Below are positions 56,901 through 64,000 of a stretch of DNA of 64,000 nt, piece after piece. The DNA lies in NCBI GenBank assembly GCA_964557325.1, contig CAZKZO010000001.1:1159-65158 (forward strand). Reading direction: 5' to 3'. The position numbers and the translations under genes are program-made. The notes under the pieces are model-generated. The model did no database searches. It saw nothing but the letters and a program-made list of their open reading frames with translations, and was not told the origin of the DNA. Position 1 is the stretch's first letter. Each line of letters opens with the position of its first letter. The DNA comes from Candidatus Woesearchaeota archaeon. GTDB lineage: Archaea; Nanobdellota; Nanobdellia; Pacearchaeales; GW2011-AR1.

Positions 56901-58106
56901 ATGTTAATAGAACTTATAGCATTTTTAGTTATAGGTTGTTTGCTTGGAACAATAACAGGCCTTATTCCAGGTATACATATAAATCTAGTGAGTTTGTTTT
57001 TAGTTTCCTTTTCAGCTTCTTTTTTAACTTTTGTTGACCCTATTTTCTTCATAATACTAATCACTTCAATGGCAATCACACATACTTTTATTGATTTTAT
57101 TCCAAGTGTTTTTCTTGGATGCCCTGACACAGATACAGAATTAAGTGTTTTACCAGGACATGAACTTTTAAAAAAAGGACAAGGTTATGAAGCAGTTATT
57201 CTAACTGCATATGGGAGTCTTGCAACAGTAATTATACTAATTTTGATTTCAATACCTTCAATAAAACTTGTTACTGGTTTTTACAGCTTGATTAAAGAGC
57301 AAATACCTTATATATTAATAGCAGTTTCTATCCTACTTATTTTGCTTGAGAAAAAAAAGTCAAAATCACTTCTTGTGTTTTTACTTTCAGGTATTCTTGG
57401 ATGGAGTGTATTAAACCTTAACACATCTCAAAACATTTTTACAGAACCACTTTTACCTTTACTAACAGGATTATTTGGTGCCTCTAATTTAATATTAAGT
57501 ATAAAAAACAAAACAAAAATACCTAAACAAAAAATAACAAAAATTAAACTAGATAAAAAATTTATTTCACCTATTTTCGGTTCTCTAATTGCATCTCCTT
57601 TATCAAGCTTTCTTCCTGGTTTAGGAAGCGGACAAGCAGCAATCATAGGAAATATAATTTCTCAAACAGACAGAAAAGGATTTTTAATTTTACTGGGAGC
57701 AACAAATACTTTGGTTATGGGATTTTCCTTTATCACTTTTTATGCAATTTCAAGAACAAGAACAGGAGCAGTAGTTGCAATCAATAGAATACTTGGAAAT
57801 ATAAATCTTAATCTACTTATCATTATACTTATCTGTGTTTTTATTTCAGGAATAATAGCTTTCTTTTTAACATTAAAAATTGCAAAAATATTTTCAGAAA
57901 AAATAAGCTTTCTTAATTATTCAAAGATATCAATAACAACACTAATAATTTTAGTATTTATTATTTTATTTATTTCAAAACCTCTTGGTTTATTTATTCT
58001 TGCAGTCTCAACAATAACAGGGATTTACTCTATATCACTTGGAGTGAGAAGAACTAATATGATGGGCTGCCTTTTACTGCCTACTATTTTATTTTACCTT
58101 ATTTAA
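56901..58106 (+). CDS. TctA/DUF112 family membrane transporter-like protein
   Basis: Duplicated GLIPGIH / LPGLGSGQAAI motifs and about 10 TM helices. Start taken at MLIELIAF. Confidence 0.5.
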   Translation: MLIELIAFLVIGCLLGTITGLIPGIHINLVSLFLVSFSASFLTFVDPIFFIILITSMAITHTFIDFIPSVFLGCPDTDTELSVLPGHELLKKGQGYEAVILTAYGSLATVIILILISIPSIKLVTGFYSLIKEQIPYILIAVSILLILLEKKKSKSLLVFLLSGILGWSVLNLNTSQNIFTEPLLPLLTGLFGASNLILSIKNKTKIPKQKITKIKLDKKFISPIFGSLIASPLSSFLPGLGSGQAAIIGNIISQTDRKGFLILLGATNTLVMGFSFITFYAISRTRTGAVVAINRILGNINLNLLIIILICVFISGIIAFFLTLKIAKIFSEKISFLNYSKISITTLIILVFIILFISKPLGLFILAVSTITGIYSISLGVRRTNMMGCLLLPTILFYLI

Positions 58107-58115
58107 AACTATAAT

Positions 58116-61100
58116 TCAAAACCATTTACCTAAATTCTCTTGTTGTTCTGGCTCTTTTCCAAAAACAGAATCTATATGTCTCTTAGTTAACTCAAGGCTT
58201 TGAATAATATACTTTGAAAGTTCGTATTTTTCTGCAAGAGATAATGCAGGCTCAAGATATTTTTTTATACCTCCTTCATGAGTTGTAAAGATTATTTTTC
58301 CTTTGCATTTAGAACACTTGCCATTTAAAGGAGGCCTTCTCATAATTTCATTACACCCTACACATCTAAAATCTTGCATAGCAAAATTCCTTAAATTTCC
58401 CCTCATATCTCTTAAAAAATGTCTTTCAATAACAAGTCTTGCAGTTTCAGAAGTATCTGCAGATCTTATTTTTTCAACCAATTCCATCTGATGTTGGACT
58501 TTTTCCTGCATTGTAGCTAAAAGTTTATAATTAGAACAAATAACACCTTTGTTAAAATTAGAGGTGTTATGTGTAAACCCTATATTTACAAAAGGATCTT
58601 CATTTTTTGCTAACAATTGTTTTACTGTTTTTATTTTAACTTCAGACGAATGCTTTCCCTGCTCAGCTTTCTTATAAAGTTCTAAAGGATACTCATTAAC
58701 AAGTTCAAAATCAAGTATTTGATCATCAACTTCACCAGCATCTATTTTAGCATTTAAAACAAGAGGTGCATCTTGTGTACCTCCTCTATGTCCTGGCAAA
58801 AACTCTCTTGAGAAATTCAAAAGCACATCTCCTAAAAGCATAACTGCAGCCTCATCACCATCACAATCTCTCCTAATAGCTGCATGCATATAAGGACTTG
58901 CAAACAAACCCAATACTTCTGAAAACCCAATAATCCTGCATATAACACCTGCACAATTATGAGGAGCCATACACACTCCTAAATGTCCTACCAAATCTTC
59001 TTTTTTCTTCAAATTATAAAAACTAGGCATTTTGTAAAATCTCTTTAAAAGTTCATCAACATAATGTGCAACATTAACAAAGATATCGCCTGCTCTTGCT
59101 TCAGGAACACTAAAGGAATTAGGTAAAATTACATCATGAGGTTTTAACTCTAAAATCTGGTCTTCACTTACAAGTTCTTTTCCATTAATATCTTTTTCAT
59201 AACCCAACTCTTTTAACTTTTCAATTGAAACAGAAACTTCCTTAGGTTTAAAAGCTACAATTGATAATTCTGTAGCATCAAACCTTATAGTCCCGTCTTT
59301 ATTTACTTGTAAATTATGTGCAGCTCTTAAAATTCCTTTAGACAAATTCTCTACAATATGATTTTCAGAACTAGTACCTCTTATCCCTTTAATTAAAACA
59401 GGTACTTCATTAGATTTTAATCCAAGTTCTTCTACAGCCTTATCAAAATAATGATTAACATCTATTTTTCTATAATAGTAAGAGGTAGAATTTTCATTTT
59501 TATTGAAAGAAGTTTCTTTTTTCTCTCTATCATAAAACATATGTTTTGTTTTTTTATTGCACTTCCCACAAATAGGATAAATAGTTTCAAATTTACATTT
59601 TTCGCAAAAATAAGAAGGGAATTCTCCTGAAACAGCTCCTTCTTCACAAGCAGCATGAACACTTCTAAGTCTTCCTCCTTCTTTTCCCACAACAAACAAT
59701 CCATTAGGACTTCCTGTTAATTTTCTGAGTTTTGCTTTTTCAGGCCTTCCCATTCTAGAACCAATAAACTCTCCTGCTTTGTCTTTAATTTCAAATTCAG
59801 AATGTTTATTTATTATTTCTAAAACATTTAAATCTTCAACTTCAAATTTTTTTTCTTCAATAAAATTTTTTAAAAATCCTTCATTTTCCAAAACCCTGAA
59901 GTCTACACCTAAATTTACAAGCAAGGTTTTACTCTCTTTTGGTTCAATAACAATGTGCTCAGTAGTAACCTTATGTTCAATTCCTAAAAGTTCTAAAGCT
60001 CTTTTTCCATCAGCAAATTTTTCATGTTCAGATTTTATATAAGGCAGGATAATCTTTTTTTCAAGTTTGGCTTTTTTAAGCCAATTAATTAAATTGTATA
60101 ATTGTTTTTTTGTAATCTGGGTCCAATAAAAAATATATTTTGGATGTAAAGGAAGTTTATTTTCCCTGCTTATTTTAATTGCATTATCAAAACCCACTTC
60201 AAAGTAATTTATTTCTTTTTCAAGTTCAGGATTTTTCTCTCTTAACTCTAATTTCCATATTTCTTCAACATAACCTGGCTTAATTAAAGAAGCATTTCTA
60301 TTTAAAACATCACTAAAAGGAAAGAGCATATCTCCAAGATAAATTATTTCTTCAATATCAGGATAAAGTTTTCTTGCTTCTTTTTCATCACTTATTCTTT
60401 TCACACTTCCATTAAAAAGTTTTACAACAGGTCCTTCAATATCATCACAAACAGTTCCAACCCCTCCTTTAGTCGGCTTTTCAAGTTTAAGTTGAGTTCC
60501 TGTAGCTATAAAATCATCTGTTATAGCCATAGTAGCAGGATGTAGTGAAAAAGAACTAAATCCACTCACTCTGCTTCTTCCATATCTAAACCTAAATCCT
60601 CCTGAAGCAGAAGGATGTCCAAATACAGGCCTTCCTGCAACAAGATCTTTAATATAAGTAGGAGAATCGTCTGTTGCACCTTTTTCTCTTTTTTCATGCA
60701 ATTCAAGATATTCTGATATAAAATCAAAACCAGTGGATTTTATTCCTTTATCTTTTACACTATTCAAAAGCCTAAATCCTTTTGCAGCTTTTTGTGCAAG
60801 CCCTTCTGAAAAAATCAGGCACATTCCTCCCCTGATATAATCTGTACTTACCCTATCTAGATTTTTAAAATTAGAAACTTCTTTTCGTGTAGTAGGTTCA
60901 CCTTCAATTTGAATAGGAATGTTTTTTGCCAAAAATAAAGCTTCTTCTTTTGTAGGCATATACTGGAGATTAGTAATTCTTTCATGATAATCCAGGTTTT
61001 CAATAAAATATCTCTGCACTTCTTCATTTGAAGGGTCATACTTTGCATATCCAAAAGTTTCTCTTAAATAATCAATAAGCATTAAAACTAAACATGAAGC

Positions 61101-61568
61101 AGTAGTTCCTGCACTTCTAATAGGTCCTGAAAAATAAGCAATAAAATATTCTTCACCTTTTTTTGTCTTACCTGTTGCAAGTCTTGTGAATCCCTCAATA
61201 GGGCTGGAAACCACACCAAGAGTTATATAAGCAAAACCAATTCTAATTCCAGCTTCAATAGCTTCAATCAAACTTGAGAATTTACAGTATTTTTGTTTTG
61301 CAACTTCTTCAGCAATTTTAAATGCTACCATAGGGTCAAGCTTTCCATAATCTTTTTCAAGTTCAAGTATTCTTTTAACAATTCCAGAACCCCCTATTTG
61401 AGGGTATATAGCTGCTATCAAACCCACTACTTTTTCAGCCAAACTCCTTGCCAAAGGAATTTCAACTTTATCAACAGGATCTTTTCCTTGAGCTCTTGCT
61501 TTTTCAGCTATAGCATATACTTTTTTTGTTTGCTTTTCAATTTCTTTAAGATATTGTTGTGTGTTCAT
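58116..61568 (-). CDS. polC: DNA polymerase II (PolD) large catalytic subunit DP2
   Basis: About 1150 aa with C-terminal zinc fingers (CVGCNEIMRRPPLNGKCSKCKG) and conserved PolD blocks. The length argues against an intein. Confidence 0.85.
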   Translation of the reverse strand: MNTQQYLKEIEKQTKKVYAIAEKARAQGKDPVDKVEIPLARSLAEKVVGLIAAIYPQIGGSGIVKRILELEKDYGKLDPMVAFKIAEEVAKQKYCKFSSLIEAIEAGIRIGFAYITLGVVSSPIEGFTRLATGKTKKGEEYFIAYFSGPIRSAGTTASCLVLMLIDYLRETFGYAKYDPSNEEVQRYFIENLDYHERITNLQYMPTKEEALFLAKNIPIQIEGEPTTRKEVSNFKNLDRVSTDYIRGGMCLIFSEGLAQKAAKGFRLLNSVKDKGIKSTGFDFISEYLELHEKREKGATDDSPTYIKDLVAGRPVFGHPSASGGFRFRYGRSRVSGFSSFSLHPATMAITDDFIATGTQLKLEKPTKGGVGTVCDDIEGPVVKLFNGSVKRISDEKEARKLYPDIEEIIYLGDMLFPFSDVLNRNASLIKPGYVEEIWKLELREKNPELEKEINYFEVGFDNAIKISRENKLPLHPKYIFYWTQITKKQLYNLINWLKKAKLEKKIILPYIKSEHEKFADGKRALELLGIEHKVTTEHIVIEPKESKTLLVNLGVDFRVLENEGFLKNFIEEKKFEVEDLNVLEIINKHSEFEIKDKAGEFIGSRMGRPEKAKLRKLTGSPNGLFVVGKEGGRLRSVHAACEEGAVSGEFPSYFCEKCKFETIYPICGKCNKKTKHMFYDREKKETSFNKNENSTSYYYRKIDVNHYFDKAVEELGLKSNEVPVLIKGIRGTSSENHIVENLSKGILRAAHNLQVNKDGTIRFDATELSIVAFKPKEVSVSIEKLKELGYEKDINGKELVSEDQILELKPHDVILPNSFSVPEARAGDIFVNVAHYVDELLKRFYKMPSFYNLKKKEDLVGHLGVCMAPHNCAGVICRIIGFSEVLGLFASPYMHAAIRRDCDGDEAAVMLLGDVLLNFSREFLPGHRGGTQDAPLVLNAKIDAGEVDDQILDFELVNEYPLELYKKAEQGKHSSEVKIKTVKQLLAKNEDPFVNIGFTHNTSNFNKGVICSNYKLLATMQEKVQHQMELVEKIRSADTSETARLVIERHFLRDMRGNLRNFAMQDFRCVGCNEIMRRPPLNGKCSKCKGKIIFTTHEGGIKKYLEPALSLAEKYELSKYIIQSLELTKRHIDSVFGKEPEQQENLGKWF

Positions 61569-61575
61569 TTTAAAT

Positions 61576-62169
61576 TTAGATTTTATTTAAATATCCAAGG
61601 ATTTCATTCCAGTCATTTACCCTAATTATATTTTCATTTTTCTTTTCATGTTCATTCCAAGGTTTATCCAAAAGAAAAACCCTAATACCTTTATTAGCAC
61701 AATTTAAGGCATAAGTGAGATTATCTTCAACCATAATAGAAATGCCTATTTGTTCACAAATTTCAGATTTTGTTTTACCTCCAAAAATATCTCCTGAATA
61801 AAAAACATTAAAATTATTATTTGGAAATTCTTTTTTAAAAAATAATTCTGTTTTTTCTTTAATTTTTTTAGGACGTGCAGTAATAAAATAAATTTCATGA
61901 GTATTTGAAATCAATTCAATACTTTCTTTAACTTCTGGAAGTAAACTTAAATTATCAAACTCTTCTGAATCTAAAAAATCATGCATCTCTTTTATAGCTT
62001 TTTCTTTTGAATTATAAATCTCTGTCTTCCATAAATGATATTCTTTAATGTTATGCCATTTAAAATCAGTTTTATTTTTTTTATTAATAAAAGCAAGATA
62101 ATTTTTCATAAATTCAATGATAACATCGTCAATATCTATACCTATTTTTATTTTAGATTCTTGTTTCAT
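61576..62169 (-). CDS. HAD-superfamily 5'(3')-deoxyribonucleotidase-like protein
   Basis: Motif I IGIDIDDVI (DxDxV). About 197 aa. Sits between DP1 and DP2. Confidence 0.5.
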   Translation of the reverse strand: MKQESKIKIGIDIDDVIIEFMKNYLAFINKKNKTDFKWHNIKEYHLWKTEIYNSKEKAIKEMHDFLDSEEFDNLSLLPEVKESIELISNTHEIYFITARPKKIKEKTELFFKKEFPNNNFNVFYSGDIFGGKTKSEICEQIGISIMVEDNLTYALNCANKGIRVFLLDKPWNEHEKKNENIIRVNDWNEILGYLNKI

Positions 62170-63743
62170 TCTAGCTTTTTGCCTCCAAAATCTAATATTT
62201 TAACTGCTCTTGATTTTAAATTAAATAAAGGAACCTTGCAAACATCTTGTTGAACTCCTTTCTTTCTTTGATTTTCTGTTTCATCTTCCCATGAAGCATT
62301 TGAAACTAAAAGTATATTATTATAATGAGAAACAGAGCATTTATGTGTATGTCCTGAAACAAAAATATCTGGAATCTTATCAATAACCATGCCATCTTCT
62401 TCAGACGGCAAAGCCTGAATAGATGAATGAGCAGGTGCTAAATGCCTGTGTTTTAAAAGATATCTCATTATCTCTTCAGGAGCATTTAATCCCTTTTCAA
62501 GAAGTTTTTGTACATTATTTGCATAATAAGGATATGAAAAACCATGATAGGTTAAAACATCTAATCCAGAAAAATCCTTTTCAGCCCCTATATTTACATA
62601 AGAAGGGTTACCTGTTAAAATAACATTTTTTAAATTATAAAGTGGCCATGCATATTTTTCATCCAAAACAGGTTGAGGCTCCATTAAACGAACACCATCA
62701 TGGTTTCCAGGAGAAATAATTACCTTAATATTCCTTCTTATCTTTCCAATTAATTCTGCAAAACCCTGAAATTGAGATTCAATATCTTCAATTTTTAAAT
62801 CTTTTTTCTGTCCAGGATAAACACCTACACCTGCAATCAAATCTCCTGTAATAAAAAGGTATTTTATTCTATCAGATTCAAAAGAATTTTTAGTCTTTCC
62901 ATTTAAATAATTAATAAATTTTTTAAAATTATCTTCAAAAAAAAGCTTGCTTCCATAATGTAAATCACTAATGAAAACTGCATTTTCATCATTAGGTGAT
63001 TTTTTTCTTTCAAACAAAACAGCTTCAGGAAAAACAATATTATTTGCAAACAAAATCTGCCTGTCTCCAAAACCTGTAAATCCAATTACACTATCTAAAG
63101 AAAGATTTTCAGCTTCTTCAAAAAGATCTGGTTTATTATTATTTATCAAGACTCTTGTTTTCCCTGTCAAATCTTCAACTTCTAAAAGAAGATTCTTATT
63201 CTTAGTAACTCTTTTCTCAGAAATCAATCCAATAATAGAAACTTTTTTTCTTGAATTAGGTAGCTTATTTATTGAAACCAAATCACTTAATTCAGAATGT
63301 TCCTGTAAAATATTTCTCAATTTGACAAACCTGTGCCTAAAATTCTTTACAAAATCTTTTACTTCAACTTTTTTCTTGAATACAGGTGTCTTTGATAAAA
63401 CCTTTATGCCTGTTTCACTTATTTTTTGATTTTGATCAGAAGGATTTTGTAGAGGGGAAACCTCCTTTGATATTTCAATACTTAAACCTAATTTTATTTT
63501 AAGTTTTTCCAGCTTTTTCTGTTTTTCTTCAGGTAAGGTTAAAAAAAAATCCTGGGTTTTTTGTTTATTGTTCTCTAAAAAATTTTTTGTAATGATATTT
63601 GACCTTGTATGTTTTTGGATTCTTTCTAAAATAAGTTTAGCAGATTCTAAATCTTCAACTTCTTCGCTAAAAAGATTTAATGTTTCAGAATCTAACAAAA
63701 TTCCTTGTTTAATACACCAATTAAGCATTTTTCTTTTATCCAT
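62166..63743 (-). CDS. polB: DNA polymerase II (PolD) small exonuclease subunit DP1
   Basis: OB domain plus calcineurin-like phosphoesterase motifs (GDLIAG, GNHDG, GHTH). Confidence 0.8.
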   Translation of the reverse strand: MDKRKMLNWCIKQGILLDSETLNLFSEEVEDLESAKLILERIQKHTRSNIITKNFLENNKQKTQDFFLTLPEEKQKKLEKLKIKLGLSIEISKEVSPLQNPSDQNQKISETGIKVLSKTPVFKKKVEVKDFVKNFRHRFVKLRNILQEHSELSDLVSINKLPNSRKKVSIIGLISEKRVTKNKNLLLEVEDLTGKTRVLINNNKPDLFEEAENLSLDSVIGFTGFGDRQILFANNIVFPEAVLFERKKSPNDENAVFISDLHYGSKLFFEDNFKKFINYLNGKTKNSFESDRIKYLFITGDLIAGVGVYPGQKKDLKIEDIESQFQGFAELIGKIRRNIKVIISPGNHDGVRLMEPQPVLDEKYAWPLYNLKNVILTGNPSYVNIGAEKDFSGLDVLTYHGFSYPYYANNVQKLLEKGLNAPEEIMRYLLKHRHLAPAHSSIQALPSEEDGMVIDKIPDIFVSGHTHKCSVSHYNNILLVSNASWEDETENQRKKGVQQDVCKVPLFNLKSRAVKILDFGGKKLE

Positions 63744-63763
63744 TATAATCCCTATTAAAAATT

Positions 63764-64000
63764 TTATTGATAACTAAGTGACTCATGAATTATTTGCTTA
63801 GCCTTATCTATTATATTTTTTGCAATTGCAAGTCTTATTTCCCTTGTTCTCCCTCCTCTTCCTTTAGAAATCACCCTTACATTAATAATCCCCAACATAT
63901 CAAATTCCTGAATTATATCTGAAACTCTTCTTTGAGTCAAAACTTCAGATTTATTTTTCAAACAAACCTCTTGATAATGATTATAAACATCTCCTGTAAA
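63764..64000 (-). CDS. cdc6: Orc1/Cdc6 replication initiator, C-terminal winged-helix part (gene continues past the window end)
   Basis: LTQRRVSDIIQEFDMLGIINVRVISKGRGGRTREIRL matches the Orc1/Cdc6 wH consensus. Confidence 0.6.
   Translation of the reverse strand, partial: FTGDVYNHYQEVCLKNKSEVLTQRRVSDIIQEFDMLGIINVRVISKGRGGRTREIRLAIAKNIIDKAKQIIHESLSYQ

Noticed and set aside
58116-61568. Possible intein in PolD DP2
   Set aside because: A length of 1150 aa fits an intein-free DP2, and no Cys/Ser...HN-Ser/Cys/Thr junctions flanking an inserted LAGLIDADG block were seen.
1-64000. CRISPR arrays, rRNA genes, transposases/IS elements
   Set aside because: No spaced direct-repeat arrays, no rRNA-like conserved stretches, and no transposase- or integrase-like ORFs were found. 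The only mobile elements seen are the two inteins.

Overview
This is a low-GC (~25-30%) archaeal segment, most likely from a DPANN-like lineage. Archaea-specific genes run throughout: PolD DP1/DP2, a partial Orc1/Cdc6 at the right edge, GINS51, a RecJ/GAN-like DHH protein, RPA, RadA, Hef, aIF2-alpha with Nop10, EF-1beta, L44e, S3Ae, S15, the SRP54/FtsY pair, archaeal-type phosphoglycerate mutase and an archaeal TyrRS. Three tRNAs are present (Val-GAC, Thr-TGT, Gln-TTG). Two large inteins with LAGLIDADG-type endonuclease signatures interrupt RadA and the Hef helicase. Hef is split into a helicase ORF and a nuclease ORF that overlap by ATGA beside an A8 tract. A ~10.6 kb block of genes, all on the minus strand (27.4-38.0 kb), encodes a type IV pilus / Tad-like apparatus: a prepilin peptidase, about nine pilin-like genes carrying KKA/KKG/KRG class-III signal peptides, a long TadC/FlaJ-like membrane protein, and a FlaI/TadA-like ATPase with an N-terminal extension. 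A HEPN/MNT toxin-antitoxin pair sits inside this block. A ~1.9 kb island (14.45-16.32 kb) has sharply higher GC than the backbone (~40-50%), strong GGAGG ribosome-binding sites, and four uncharacterised genes including a divergently oriented paralogous pair. Other notable genes are a VapBC pair beside tRNA-Gln, two large cysteine-rich surface proteins that share a repeated C-x-D-S/T-D-G-G module, a beta-barrel porin-like secreted protein, an arginase-fold protein with degenerate metal ligands, and a Q/Y-rich prion-like protein. Most genes appear leaderless or lack a Shine-Dalgarno sequence, and many adjacent genes overlap by 4 nt (ATGA).
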